From: an uncultured Actinomycetes bacterium
GTDB lineage: Bacteria; Actinomycetota; UBA4738; HRBIN12
Reading direction: 5' to 3'
DNA length: 64,000 nucleotides
Assembly (NCBI GenBank): GCA_963731925.1
Contig: CAVSXK010000026.1
Span: forward strand, 21,526-85,525
Part shown: positions 1 to 10,709 of the stretch, one piece after another
How the letters are laid out: the number at the start of each line of letters is the position of its first letter
Numbering within the stretch: position 1 is the stretch's first letter
Translations under genes and position numbers: made by a program
Notes under the pieces: generated by a model
Databases searched by the model: none
The model's input: the letters and a program-made list of their open reading frames with translations, nothing else
What the model was told of the DNA's origin: nothing

Positions 1-2
1 TC

Positions 3-344
3 AACGCCCACGGCACGTCGACGCAGCTGAACGACGCCGCCGAGACCGCCGCCATCAAGGCGACCCTCGGCGACGACGTCGCCCACCGCGTGGCGGTGTC
101 CTCGACGAAGTCGATGACCGGGCACATGCTCGGTGCTGCCGGAGCGGTGGAGGGCGCGATCTGCGTGTTGGCGATCGCGAACGGCGTCGTGCCCCCGACG
201 ATCCACTACGAGACACCCGACCCCGACTGCGACCTCGACTACGTCCCGAACGAGGCCCGAGCGATGGACGTTGGGCTCGCGCTCTCGAACTCGTTCGGCT
301 TCGGGGGCCACAACGCGGTCATGGCGTTCCGCAAGGCTCCCTAG
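3..344 (+). CDS. fabF: beta-ketoacyl-ACP synthase II, C-terminal fragment (5' end lies outside window)
   Basis: Frame-3 translation from window edge: [24 protein letters not shown]...[15 protein letters not shown]...[18 protein letters not shown], typical KAS II C-terminus; TAG at 342-344. Confidence 0.85.
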   Translation, partial: NAHGTSTQLNDAAETAAIKATLGDDVAHRVAVSSTKSMTGHMLGAAGAVEGAICVLAIANGVVPPTIHYETPDPDCDLDYVPNEARAMDVGLALSNSFGFGGHNAVMAFRKAP

Positions 345-366
345 CGTTCGGGGATCGCTCGATCGC

Positions 367-771
367 TCAGCCGAAGAACAGCTTCAACTCTCGTTCGGCC
401 GACTCGGGCGAGTCGCTGCCGTGCACGAGGTTCTCGGTGATGACGAGGCCGTAGTCGCCTCGGATCGTTCCGGGCGGTGCGGTCGCCGGGTCCGTGGGCC
501 CGATGAGCGTCCGCCAGACGTCGATCGCTCCCTCACCCTCCAGACGCGCCACGACCACGGGTCCCGACGTGATGAAGCCGACGAGCTCGCCGAAGAACGG
601 CCGCTCGCGGTGTTCGCCGTAGTGCTCCTCGGCGAGGGGACGGTCGATCGTCAGCGAGCGGATCTCGGCCACCCTGAGACCCTTGTCCTCGGCACGGCGC
701 ACGATCTCGCCGACCAGCCCTCGGCGGACGCCGTCGGGCTTCACGATGAGCAGCGTCGATTCCACGGCCAT
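367..771 (-). CDS. ndk: nucleoside diphosphate kinase
   Basis: 134 aa, MAVESTLLIVKPDGV...YGLVITENLVHGSDS; full-length NDK signature. Confidence 0.95.
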   Translation of the reverse strand: MAVESTLLIVKPDGVRRGLVGEIVRRAEDKGLRVAEIRSLTIDRPLAEEHYGEHRERPFFGELVGFITSGPVVVARLEGEGAIDVWRTLIGPTDPATAPPGTIRGDYGLVITENLVHGSDSPESAERELKLFFG

Positions 772-802
772 CCTCAGGGATCCCTTCGCCTTCAGGAACT
801 CG

Positions 803-2113
803 TTACGCGCCCAACAACACCCGACGCGCTTCCGCGACAGTGTACAGAGAGCCTGTCACCAGGATGAGGTCGTCCGCGGACGCTGCGTCCCGCGCGGCGT
901 CGAGCGCCTCCCGAACGGTCGCGAACGCCTCGGTCGGGATACCGGCGGCGGCCATGGCGTCCGCGACCGCTTCCGGCGGGCGGGCTCGGACGCTGTCGAC
1001 GGCCGACGCGTACCCGGCGTCCGCGAGCGGCGCCAGCGGACGAACGATCCCCTCGAGATCCTTGTCGGCGAACACCCCCATGACGAGATGCAGGCGGTCC
1101 CCGGTGAACGTGTCGGGCAGGGCCTCGGCAAGCGCCTCGGCGGCCGCCGGGTTGTGCGCCCCGTCCAGCACGATCAACGGGCGGCGCGAGACGACCTCCA
1201 ACCGCCCCGGCGAGGTCATCGAACCGAGCGCGACCCGCACGGCGTCCGGATCGAGGGCCCGTTCGAGCAACGCCTCCACCGCAACCACCGCCGCGGCGGC
1301 ATTGTGCGCCGCGTGTTCCCCGTGGATCGGCAGCAGTACCTCGTCGTACGTCGCGTGCAGCCCCCGGACGGCCATGGCCTGGCCGCCCACCGCGGGCGTC
1401 AGGTCGTCGAGCTCCCACTCGCGCCCCTCGAGCAGCAGCGTGGCGATCTGCTCCTCGCACCGTCGCTCGATCACCTGGAGCGCCTCGGCCGTCTGCTCCC
1501 GCGCGACGGCGACCTTCCCCTGCTTGACGATGCCGGCCTTCTCACCGGCAACCTCCGCGATGGTCGAGCCGAGCTCGGGATGATCCACCCCGATCGGACA
1601 GAGCACGGCGACGTCGCCGGACACGAGGTTCGTCGCGTCCCAGGTTCCTCCCATCCCCACCTCGAACACACCGACGGCGACCGGCGCGTCCGCGAACCAG
1701 AGGTATGCGAACGCCGTCAGCGTCTCGAAGTAGGTGACGCGACCGACCCGCTCGTCCACCGTTCGCACGAACGCGAGCAATCGCTCGAACTCGTCACCGA
1801 AGGCCTCCTCGGCGATCGGCTCCCCACAGAGCTCGAACCGCTCCGTCACGGAGGCGAGGTGCGGCGACGTGAACAGACCGGTCGTGAGCCCATGCGCGCA
1901 CGCCACCGCGGCCGCGAGGCGGGCGGTGGTCGTCTTTCCGTTCGTCCCGGTCACGTGGATGGTCGGATACGTCAGCTGCGGATCGGCGAGAAGGACGGCC
2001 AGTGCCCGCATCCGTTCCAGGTCGGGTTTCGGTAGATGCTCGGGCTGACGGTCCTCGAGCTCCGCGACCGCCTCGGCGAACCGCACGGGCTCAGTCTTCC
2101 GGCTTGAGCTCAA
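803..2113 (-). CDS. folC: folylpolyglutamate synthase / dihydrofolate synthase
   Basis: 436 aa with Mur-ligase P-loop [13 protein letters not shown]; sits after valS as in actinobacterial valS-folC synteny; alternative (TTG) start, exact start uncertain. Confidence 0.85.
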   Translation of the reverse strand: MSSSRKTEPVRFAEAVAELEDRQPEHLPKPDLERMRALAVLLADPQLTYPTIHVTGTNGKTTTARLAAAVACAHGLTTGLFTSPHLASVTERFELCGEPIAEEAFGDEFERLLAFVRTVDERVGRVTYFETLTAFAYLWFADAPVAVGVFEVGMGGTWDATNLVSGDVAVLCPIGVDHPELGSTIAEVAGEKAGIVKQGKVAVAREQTAEALQVIERRCEEQIATLLLEGREWELDDLTPAVGGQAMAVRGLHATYDEVLLPIHGEHAAHNAAAAVVAVEALLERALDPDAVRVALGSMTSPGRLEVVSRRPLIVLDGAHNPAAAEALAEALPDTFTGDRLHLVMGVFADKDLEGIVRPLAPLADAGYASAVDSVRARPPEAVADAMAAAGIPTEAFATVREALDAARDAASADDLILVTGSLYTVAEARRVLLGA

Positions 2114-4632
2114 CCTCGACCGAGGGCTCGGCCGAGTCGACGTACTCGACCGAGAGCACCCTGCCGGCCTCCGCCACGTCGCGCTCGACCCCGCGCAGGA
2201 TCTTCAGCCGCTCCGGCGTGTCCCGAACGATCAGGTGCACGACGTCCGTACGCAGCGAGCGCTTCGCCAGCGCCTTCACCTTGCGTATCTCGCCGAGCGC
2301 CCACGCCGCCACCTCGTAGACGACCGGTTCGCCACCGGCCGGGAACGCTTCGTTCGATGGCCACGCCGACCGATGGATCGAGCCCTGCCGCCACCACGAC
2401 CAGACCTCCTCCGTGGCGTACGGCAGGAACGGCGCGAACAGCCGGAGCAGGACGTCCAGCGCGAACCGCAGCGACGCGATCGCCGATCCCGCGGCCTCGG
2501 GGCCGTGGCCGCCGTACGCGCGTCCCTTCACCAACTCGAGGTAGTCGTCCGTGAACCCCCAGAAGAAGCGCTCGACGAGCTCGAGCGCCCGGGCGTGCTC
2601 GTAGCCTTCGAGCGCGACCGTCGCCCGCTCGACGACGCCGGAGAGCTGGTCGAGCATCGAGCGGTCGAGCGGGTCCGCGATCTCGGCCTCGGTACCCTCG
2701 AGCGACAGGGTGAAGCGCGAGGCGTTCAGGATCTTGATCGCGAGCCGTCGCCCGACCTTGATCTGCTGCTCGTCGAAGGCCGCATCGATGCCGAGTCGCG
2801 CGCTCGCGGCCCAATACCGCACGGCGTCGGCTCCGTGCTGCTCGAGGATGAGCGATCGGGGTCACGACGTTGCCCTTGGACTTCGACATCTTCTTGCGTT
2901 CGGGGTCCAGGACGAACCCGCTGATCGCGGCGTCCGTCCACGGGAGCGAGCCGTGTTCCAGATGCGACTTCAGCACCGTGTAGAACAGCCACGTTCGGAT
3001 GATCTCGTGGGCCTGTGGCCGCAGGTCCATCGGGAAGACCCTGGCGAACAGGTCGGGATCGTCCTCCCAGCCCCCGACGATCTCCGGACTGAGCGAGGAT
3101 GTCGCCCACGTGTCCATGATGTCGGGATCGCCCACGAACCCTCCGGGCTCGCCGCGCTGGTCCTGCGAAAACCCTTCGGGCGTATCGGAGGAGGGATCAA
3201 CCGGAAGCCGATCCTCGCTCGCGACCAACGGATGCTCGTGATCCGCAAGCCCCTCGTCGTCGAGCCGGTACCAGATGGGGAACGGCACGCCGAAGAACCG
3301 CTGACGGCTGACGCACCAGTCCCCATTCAGGCCCTCGACCCATGAGGCGAAGCGGGTTCCCATGGACTCGGGATGCCACCGGATCTGCCGCCCGCGTTCC
3401 AGGAGCTGCTCGCGGAACTCGATCGTCTTCACGAACCATTGGCGGCTCGACACGATCTCGAGCGGCCGTTCGCCGCGCTCGTAGAACTTCACGGAGTGAC
3501 GGACCGGCTTCGGTTCGCCGACGAGATGTCCCGACGCACGGAGGAGGTCCGCAACCTTGGCCCGGGCTTTGCGCGGTGGCAAGCCGGCGAGCTCGTTCTG
3601 CGTCCGTTCCGCGTCTTCGACGTCACGAGATCCCCACCCCGGCTCCCCCCACCGTGACGGCGCGATCTTCCCGTCGCGGCCGATCACGACCCGGGTCGGC
3701 AACCGGAGCTCGCGCCACCACGTGACGTCCGTGAGGTCGCCGAACGTGCAGATCATGGCGACGCCCGTCCCCTTCTCGGGGTCGGCAAGCTCGTGGGCGA
3801 GGATCGGGACCTCCGCGCCGAACAACGGCGTCACGGCCGAAGAGCCGACGACATCCCGGTACCGCTCGTCGGACGGGTTCGCGACCAGAGCCACGCACGC
3901 GGGGATCAGCTCGGGGCGCGACGTCTCGATCTCCACCGAGCCCTGACCGTCCGCGAGGTCGAACCGCACGCGGTGGTAGCGCGCCGTCGATCTCGCGATC
4001 CTCGATCTCCGCCTGGGCAACCGCGGTCTGGAAGTCGACGTCCCACATGGTCGGCGCCTCGACCTGGTAGGCGAGGTCCTTCGAGAGCAGTCGAACGAAC
4101 GAGCGCTGCGAGGCCCGGCGTGAACGCTCGTCGATCGTCGTGTACGTCTGCGCTCCAGTCGACCGACAGGCCGGCGCGACGGAACACCTCTTCGAACGCC
4201 CGCTCATCCTCGGCGGTGAGCCGCTCGCAGAGCTCGATGAAGTTCGGCCGCGAGACCGCGACCAGCTCGCCGTCGGGCCGGTCGAGGGCGTCGACGTCGA
4301 AGCGGGGGTCGTACGGGAGCGACGGATCGCATCGGACGCCGAAGTAGTTCTGCACGCGCCGCTCGGTCGGCAGCCCGTTGTCGTCCCACCCCATCGGATA
4401 GAAGACCGTCTTGCCCCGCATGCGCTGGAAGCGCGCGATCACGTCCGTGTGCGTGTAGGAGCAGCACGTGACCGATGTGCAGGTTCCCGCTCGCGGTCGG
4501 CGGCGGGGTGTCGATCGCGAAGATCTGCTCCCGCGTCTTCGAGCGGTCGAACCGATAGGTGCCGGCGGCCTCCCACCACTCGTCCCATTTCGGCTCCAGG
4601 CCGTCGATCGTCGGCTTCTCGGGCACGTTCAT
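2091..4632 (-). pseudogene. valS: valyl-tRNA synthetase, reading frame interrupted at >=4 sites (about 2850, 3975, 4160, 4450); either a true pseudogene or, more likely for an essential gene, single-base indel errors
   Basis: Five consecutive minus-strand ORF pieces carry the N-terminus [20 protein letters not shown], the HIGH motif ([12 protein letters not shown]), [27 protein letters not shown], the KMSKS motif ([10 protein letters not shown]) and the anticodon-binding C-terminus ([10 protein letters not shown]...). A one-base shift joins HIGHVL to [12 protein letters not shown]. Confidence 0.7.
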
Positions 4633-4717
4633 GCGCGGGAGTCTAAGCGATGGCCGATCGTCGACCGGATGCATACCGTCGGGCTCGGCGTCCGAAGGCG
4701 GTCGTAGACTCGCCGCC

Positions 4718-7700
4718 GTGAATACCTGCGCGGCATGTGGGGCCGAGAATCTCGACGGCGCCCGCTTCTGCTCTTCCTGTGGGGCGTCGCTCGTCCCGTC
4801 GTGTCCGACCTGCGGCGCCGAGGTGCCTCGCGGGGCTCGGTTCTGCCCGGCGTGCGGGTCCGCGCTCGAAGAGCTCGAGCCCGCTCCCCCCGGTGAGGAC
4901 CGGCGCGTGGTGACGATCCTGTTCGCGGATGTGACGAGCTCGACGAGCCTCGGCGAACGCCTGGACCCGGAGCGACTCCAGGAGGTGCTCGGGACGTACT
5001 TCGGAGCGATGCGGGAGGAGATCGAGGCGGAGGGCGGGACGGTCGAGAAGTTCATCGGCGATGCCGTGATGGCGGCGTTCGGCGTGCCGTCCGCACATGA
5101 GGACGACCCGTCGAGAGCCCTCCGGGCTGCCCTGCGGATGCGCGAACGGCTCATCGAGGTCAACGCGGATCTCGAGAGCCGCTTCGGCGTGACGCTCCAG
5201 ATCCGAACCGGCGTGAACACCGGTGAGGTCCTCGCGGCTACCAACCCTCGGCCGGGAGAGCCGATGGTGACGGGCGATGCGGTCAACGTGGCCGCGAGGC
5301 TCGAACAGAGCGCGGACCCAGGGGGGATCGTGGTGGCCGAGCGCACCGCCCGCGCGGCGCGCGGCTTTCGCTTCCGCGAGCTCGGCGACCAGGAGCTCCG
5401 TGGGAAGGAGCAACCGATCCCGGCCGTGGTGCTCGAGGAGCGGACGCCCGGTGCCGACGAACGGGGCGTGCCGGGACTGCATGCTCCGATGGTCGGCCGC
5501 GACCGCGAGCTCGAGCTCCTGAGGAGCCTGTACCAGCGCTCGGCCGAAGAGGGACAACCGAACCTCGTGACGATCTACGGGGACCCCGGGGTGGGCAAGA
5601 GCCGGCTCGTCGCCGAGTTCGTCGCGTGGGCCGAAGGGCTGGACCCGGCCCCCACCATCGTCCGGGGTCGGTGCCTCCCATACGGCGACGGGGTCACGTA
5701 TTGGCCGCTCGCCGAGATCCTCAAGGGGCTCGCGCACATCCGAGACTCCGATGCGACGGAAGTGGCGCTCGAGCATGTCCAACGGCTCGGTGCTGATCTC
5801 ATCACCGTGGACGTCGCGACGAACCCGGAGAAAGCGACGGCCGCGCTCGCCTATAGCATCGGCGTTGAGGATCCAGCGTTCTCTTTCGGATCGATGGAGC
5901 CGCGCGAGGTCAGCCTCAAGATCCACGCAGCGTGGCGTTCGTTGTTCTCTTCGCTCGCGGGCCGAACGCCGGTCGTCGCCGTGATCGATGACATCCATTG
6001 GGCCGATCAGGCGTTGCTCGACCTGTTGGAGGAGCTCGCAGAGCGGGTCGTCGGGCCGATGTTCTTGATCTGTCCTGCGCGTCCGGAACTGACCGAGCGA
6101 CGTCCCGGCTGGGGGGGCGGCAAGCGCAACGTCTCATCGGTCGGCCTCGACCCGCTCACCGCGTTGGAATCAGACCGACTCGTGGGACTGCTGCTGTCGG
6201 TCGCGGATCTGCCGTCATCCGTGCATAGACGGATCCTCGAGCGCGCCGAAGGCAACCCGTTCTTCCTGGAGGAGATCGTCCGCCACCTGATCGACGAGGG
6301 TGTGATCGTCCGAGAAGGGCACCGATGGCGCGCTGCGTCGACCATCGCGGAGGTGCAGATCCCGGACACGGTGCAGGCCGTGCTCGCTGCCAGGATCGAC
6401 CTGCTGGACCCCGTGGAGAAGCGCGCGCTCCAGCGTGCCGCCGTGGTCGGTCGCGTGTTCTGGCCGGGACCCGTTGGACGTCTGCTGAACGGTGACCGAG
6501 ACCGACTGCATTCGACGCTCGATCGTCTGGAGGAGCGCGAGCTGGTTCTGTCGCGGCTCTCCTCCTCGATCGCCGGGGAGCCGGAGTTCATCTTCAAGCA
6601 CATCCTCACCCGCGAGGTCGCCTACGAGAGCCTCCCCCGACGCGAGCGGGCGGGCGCGCACGCGGCGGTCGCGTCGTGGATCGAGGAAACCGCGGGCAAA
6701 CGTGCGAAGGAGTTCGTCGAGCTGCTCGCCTACCACTGTCTCGAGGCGTACCTCGGTGCGAGGGACGATGGGCTCGCGACGCAGGAGGTCGAGGACCTGC
6801 GGCGCCGCGCGTTCGATGCGCTCCTCGGCGTCGCGGGCGAGGCCCATCGTCGATTCGCGATCGCGAAAGCGAACTCGGCGGTCGAGCAGGCGCTGCAGAT
6901 CGCGTCCGGCCCTCTGGAACGCATCGCCGCACTCGAGTGGTTGGGGTTGATCGCTCGAAGCGACTACCGGGGCGACCTGTCGTGGAGGGCGTTCAAGGAA
7001 GCCATCGATCTCCGCCTCCAGCACACACCTCACGACTCGCGAGCGATCGCTTTGGCGTGCGTGAACGGGCTCGAGAACCCTCTCCGATGGCCCGGCTCCA
7101 TGAAGACCTTCCCCGAAGTCGACGAGGTGAAGCGGTACCTCGCGATCTGCGCCGGTCACGTCGGGGACGAGAGAGGTGAGGAGGGGATCCGACTGCTCAC
7201 GGCGCGGGCGTTCCAGCCGTTCGGGTTCGGACCCAGGTCCCACATCGAGCCGGCGGATCGGGAGGAGGCCATCGCCGCCGGGCTCCGGGCCGCAGAACTG
7301 GCACGAGACCTCGGGCGGTTGGACCTGGAGTCGGCAGCGCTTGACGGCGCGGGGTCCGCCATCGTCACGCTCGGGCACTACGGCCGGGGACGCGACATGC
7401 TGGCGAGGCGATTGGAGATCGCGGAGCAGATCGAGGATCCCTGGGAGGCGGGCGATGCCTATGCCATGATCGCGTGGAACGGCGCGATGCTCGGGGATTT
7501 CGCGGGGTCGGTTCGATGGGGACTCCTCGGGCGGGACCGCGCCGAGCATCAAGCCGCGGGAATCGTCGATCACTGCCTGAACTGGGCGGGCACCAGCCTC
7601 TTCCAGCTCGGGGAATGGGACCGCTCGCTGGAGCTTTTCCGAGAGGCCCAAGCGCTCATGGGCGAACGCTCCGACGATCCGCCCTACTTCATGACCAGCC

Positions 7701-8305
7701 TGTTCGGCACGGCGGCGTTCATCCACGAAGCGAGGGGGCTACCAAGTGCGGGAGGCCTCCTCGAGATCCTCGGAGGGATACGCGGATCGGTGCTCGACGT
7801 GGCGACGATGGCGGGTCGTTGGCTCGCTTGGGTCATGGCGCGCAGAGGACAAGTGGATCGGGCTTGGGCACTCGTCCGCGATACGCCGGTCAGATCCGCG
7901 ACCTTCCGGCCGTTCCACGACCAGGCGATCGCGGAGCTCCTCGCCTTGAGCCATCGTTGGGTAGAAGTACCTGCGTTCGTCGAAAGCAGCCGATCGTATG
8001 CGATGGAGGCTGGCCTGCTGGCTCTGCCCGTGCACCTCGATCGCCTCGAGGGACGATCCGCGATCGCGAACGAACAGCTCGAGCGCGGGCTCGAGGCACT
8101 CGAGGATGCTCGCGAGGGGTTCGCCCACCTGGGCGCCACCTGGGAGCGGGCGAGGACCGACCTGGACCTGGCGGATGCCCTTTCGGCCTCCGGTCGGGTC
8201 GAGGAGGCCCGAACGAAGCTCGGCGCGGCCGGCCCCGACCTGGAGCGGGCGGGCGCACTCGTCGAGCTCGATCGGCTGCGCTCGCTCCGCGCCAGGGTGG
8301 CCTGA
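4718..8305 (+). CDS. class III adenylate/guanylate cyclase with N-terminal double zinc ribbon, central AAA/P-loop ATPase and C-terminal TPR region
   Basis: CxxC x4 (CAACG..CSSCG..CPTCG..CPACG); CHD cyclase core VVTILFADVTSST...KFIGDAVMAAFG...NTGEV; P-loop GDPGVGKS; long helical TPR-like tail. Probable GTG start at 4718, in frame with the ORF that begins at 4559 and overlaps valS. Confidence 0.8.
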   Translation: MNTCAACGAENLDGARFCSSCGASLVPSCPTCGAEVPRGARFCPACGSALEELEPAPPGEDRRVVTILFADVTSSTSLGERLDPERLQEVLGTYFGAMREEIEAEGGTVEKFIGDAVMAAFGVPSAHEDDPSRALRAALRMRERLIEVNADLESRFGVTLQIRTGVNTGEVLAATNPRPGEPMVTGDAVNVAARLEQSADPGGIVVAERTARAARGFRFRELGDQELRGKEQPIPAVVLEERTPGADERGVPGLHAPMVGRDRELELLRSLYQRSAEEGQPNLVTIYGDPGVGKSRLVAEFVAWAEGLDPAPTIVRGRCLPYGDGVTYWPLAEILKGLAHIRDSDATEVALEHVQRLGADLITVDVATNPEKATAALAYSIGVEDPAFSFGSMEPREVSLKIHAAWRSLFSSLAGRTPVVAVIDDIHWADQALLDLLEELAERVVGPMFLICPARPELTERRPGWGGGKRNVSSVGLDPLTALESDRLVGLLLSVADLPSSVHRRILERAEGNPFFLEEIVRHLIDEGVIVREGHRWRAASTIAEVQIPDTVQAVLAARIDLLDPVEKRALQRAAVVGRVFWPGPVGRLLNGDRDRLHSTLDRLEERELVLSRLSSSIAGEPEFIFKHILTREVAYESLPRRERAGAHAAVASWIEETAGKRAKEFVELLAYHCLEAYLGARDDGLATQEVEDLRRRAFDALLGVAGEAHRRFAIAKANSAVEQALQIASGPLERIAALEWLGLIARSDYRGDLSWRAFKEAIDLRLQHTPHDSRAIALACVNGLENPLRWPGSMKTFPEVDEVKRYLAICAGHVGDERGEEGIRLLTARAFQPFGFGPRSHIEPADREEAIAAGLRAAELARDLGRLDLESAALDGAGSAIVTLGHYGRGRDMLARRLEIAEQIEDPWEAGDAYAMIAWNGAMLGDFAGSVRWGLLGRDRAEHQAAGIVDHCLNWAGTSLFQLGEWDRSLELFREAQALMGERSDDPPYFMTSLFGTAAFIHEARGLPSAGGLLEILGGIRGSVLDVATMAGRWLAWVMARRGQVDRAWALVRDTPVRSATFRPFHDQAIAELLALSHRWVEVPAFVESSRSYAMEAGLLALPVHLDRLEGRSAIANEQLERGLEALEDAREGFAHLGATWERARTDLDLADALSASGRVEEARTKLGAAGPDLERAGALVELDRLRSLRARVA

Positions 8306-8307
8306 GG

Positions 8308-8757
8308 TCAGCCCTGCATGAACTGCAGGACGGGCGTGCCGTCCGCGTCGTTCATCGACATCGAGCGGCCGCTCACCTCGTACGAGCCGACGCCCTCGAG
8401 GAGCTGTAGGTACCGCGCCTCCGTGCTGCCCTCCGGCTCGGGGCAGGCCATCTTGGTCCCCGCGATCGGGCCGAACGAGATCTGGGCGCCGGTGGCCTCG
8501 TAGGAAGCGTTGTACGAGTTGCACCCGGAGTTGCCGCTGATCGTCGTGCCGTCGAACGAGGCGCTCACGCCCACATCGACGATCTCGGTCTGGCCACCCG
8601 CCGTCAGCATCTGCGTGAGGATCCACGACTCGCCCTCGAGGGCGGCCGGGTCCTGGGTGTCGCCGTCCGAACCCGAACCGTCGTCACCGCCACACGCCGC
8701 GAAGACGAGCGCGAAGGCCACAAGCGAGACGGCGATCGCGGATCGCCGCCGCGTCAC
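8308..8757 (-). CDS. META/HslJ-like domain lipoprotein
   Basis: Signal peptide plus lipobox ([13 protein letters not shown]); META-like C-terminus (ESWILT...[13 protein letters not shown]...MACPEP). GTG start overlaps the clpX stop (GTGA). Confidence 0.55.
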   Translation of the reverse strand: MTRRRSAIAVSLVAFALVFAACGGDDGSGSDGDTQDPAALEGESWILTQMLTAGGQTEIVDVGVSASFDGTTISGNSGCNSYNASYEATGAQISFGPIAGTKMACPEPEGSTEARYLQLLEGVGSYEVSGRSMSMNDADGTPVLQFMQG

Positions 8758-10019
8758 GCCGTGCGTTCCTGGCGCTGACGCTTGGGGGTCTCCTTCACCG
8801 GGACCAGCGTGGGGTTCACCTTGGACCGAACGACGTCTTCGTCGATCACGCATTTCGTGACGTCCTGACGCGAGGGCAGCTCGTACATCGTGTTGAGCAG
8901 GACCTCCTCCATGATCGCGCGGAGGCCGCGCGCTCCCGTCGCCCGCAGGATCGCCTGGTCGGCGATCGCTCCCAGCGAGTCGTCGGTGAACTCCAGCTCG
9001 ACGCCGTCGAACTCGAAGAACTTGTGGTACTGCCGGACGAGCGCGTTCTTCGGCTTGGTCAGGATGTCGACGAGCGCCGTCTTGTCCAGGTTGTGGACGT
9101 TGGTGATCACCGGCAGGCGGCCGACGAACTCGGGGATCAACCCGTATTTCAGGAGGTCCTCGGGAAGCACCTGACCCAAGATCGCGCCGATGTCCTTGTC
9201 CTCGACCCGGCGGACGTCGGCGCCGAACCCGATCCCCCGAGAGCCGATCCGGCTCTCGACGATCTTCTCCAGGCCGGCGAAGGCACCGCCGCAGATGAAC
9301 AGGACGTTGGTGGTATCGATCTGGATGAACTCCTGGTGCGGATGCTTGCGGCCGCCCTGCGGCGGGACCGACGCCGTCGTCCCTTCCAAGATCTTGAGGA
9401 GCGCCTGCTGCACGCCTTCACCCGACACGTCGCGCGTGATGGAAGGGTTCTCCGACTTGCGCGCGATCTTGTCGACCTCGTCGATGTAGATGATCCCGGT
9501 CTCGGCCTTCTTGACGTCGTAGTCGGCGGCCTGGATCAGCTTGAGCAGGATGTTCTCGACGTCCTCACCGACGTACCCGGCCTCGGTGAGCGCCGTTGCG
9601 TCCGCGATCGCGAACGGGACGTTCAGCATCTTGGCGAGCGTCTGCGCGAGCAGCGTCTTGCCGCAGCCGGTCGGCCCCAAGATCATGATGTTGGACTTCT
9701 GAAGCTCGACGTCCTGGTCCTTCGCGCCGACCTGGATCCGCTTGTAGTGGTTGTAGACCGCGACCGACAGGACCTTCTTCGCCGTCTCCTGGCCGATCAC
9801 GTACTCGTCCAGGAACGCGAAGATCTCCTGTGGCTTGGGGAGTTCCTCGAGCTTCAGCTCGGAGGTCTCGGAGAGCTCCTCCTCGATGATCTCGTTGCAC
9901 AGGTCGATGCACTCGTCGCAGATGTACACGCCGGGTCCGGCGATGAGCTTCTTGACCTGCTTCTGCGACTTGCCGCAGAACGAGCACTTCAGAAGATCCG
10001 AGTCGCCGATCCTCGCCAT
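8754..10019 (-). CDS. clpX: ATP-dependent Clp protease ATP-binding subunit ClpX
   Basis: 421 aa; N-terminal zinc-binding CSFCGK...CDEC; Walker A GPTGCGKT; intact. Confidence 0.96.
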   Translation of the reverse strand: MARIGDSDLLKCSFCGKSQKQVKKLIAGPGVYICDECIDLCNEIIEEELSETSELKLEELPKPQEIFAFLDEYVIGQETAKKVLSVAVYNHYKRIQVGAKDQDVELQKSNIMILGPTGCGKTLLAQTLAKMLNVPFAIADATALTEAGYVGEDVENILLKLIQAADYDVKKAETGIIYIDEVDKIARKSENPSITRDVSGEGVQQALLKILEGTTASVPPQGGRKHPHQEFIQIDTTNVLFICGGAFAGLEKIVESRIGSRGIGFGADVRRVEDKDIGAILGQVLPEDLLKYGLIPEFVGRLPVITNVHNLDKTALVDILTKPKNALVRQYHKFFEFDGVELEFTDDSLGAIADQAILRATGARGLRAIMEEVLLNTMYELPSRQDVTKCVIDEDVVRSKVNPTLVPVKETPKRQRQERTA

Positions 10020-10079
10020 GCCCCCTGAGCCCCCTGAGCCGAGCGGCCGGGCGAGTCCCGGCCGTCCGAGGTCGAAATC

Positions 10080-10709
10080 CTACGACGAGCCGGCGGCCGC
10101 CGCTGCGAGTTCGGGCTTGATCTTGCGGCTGGTGATGACCTCGTCCACGACTCCGTACTCGACGGCCTCATCGGCCGTGAGGATGTAGTCGCGGTCCGTG
10201 TCCTTGGCCACCTTCTCGAGCGACTGACCCGTGTGCTCCGCGATCAGCTCCTCGAGGAGCTTGCGGTACCGGGTGATCTCCTTGGCCTGGATCTCGATGT
10301 CGACGGCCTGGCCCTGGGCGCCTCCGTGCGGCTGGTGCAGGAGGATGCGCGAGTGGGGCAGCGCGTACCGCTTGCCCTTGGTCCCGGCGAGCACCAGCAC
10401 CGCTGCGGCCGACGCCGCCTGCCCCATGCAGATCGTCGAGACGTCCGGCTTGATGTACTGCATCGTGTCGTAGATCGCGAACAGCGACGTGATGTCACCG
10501 CCCGGGGAATTCACGTACAGGTTGATGTCCTTGTCGGGATCCTCGGACTCCAGGTGCAGGAGCTGCGCCATGATGAGGTTGCCGACGGCATCGTCGATCG
10601 GCGTCCCGAGGAAGACGATCCGCTCCTTGAGCAGGCGTGAGTAGATGTCGAACGAGCGCTCCCCTCGGCTGGTCTGCTCGACGACGACGGGGACGAGGTA
10701 GTCCTTCAT
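10080..10709 (-). CDS. clpP: ATP-dependent Clp protease proteolytic subunit
   Basis: 209 aa; ClpP signature (...[42 protein letters not shown]...). Confidence 0.95.
   Translation of the reverse strand: MKDYLVPVVVEQTSRGERSFDIYSRLLKERIVFLGTPIDDAVGNLIMAQLLHLESEDPDKDINLYVNSPGGDITSLFAIYDTMQYIKPDVSTICMGQAASAAAVLVLAGTKGKRYALPHSRILLHQPHGGAQGQAVDIEIQAKEITRYRKLLEELIAEHTGQSLEKVAKDTDRDYILTADEAVEYGVVDEVITSRKIKPELAAAAAGSS

Noticed and set aside
683-2035. Long antisense ORFs opposite folC/valS (683-2035 +, 792-1460 -, 840-1583 +)
   Set aside because: Arg/Gly/Pro-rich low-complexity translations typical of high-GC alternate frames, overlapping conserved genes on the other strand.
6215-7726. 503-aa minus-strand ORF inside the adenylate cyclase gene
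   Set aside because: Antisense frame artifact; no domain signature, R/P/G-rich.
9024-10028. 334-aa plus-strand ORF opposite clpX
   Set aside because: Antisense to an intact, highly conserved clpX.
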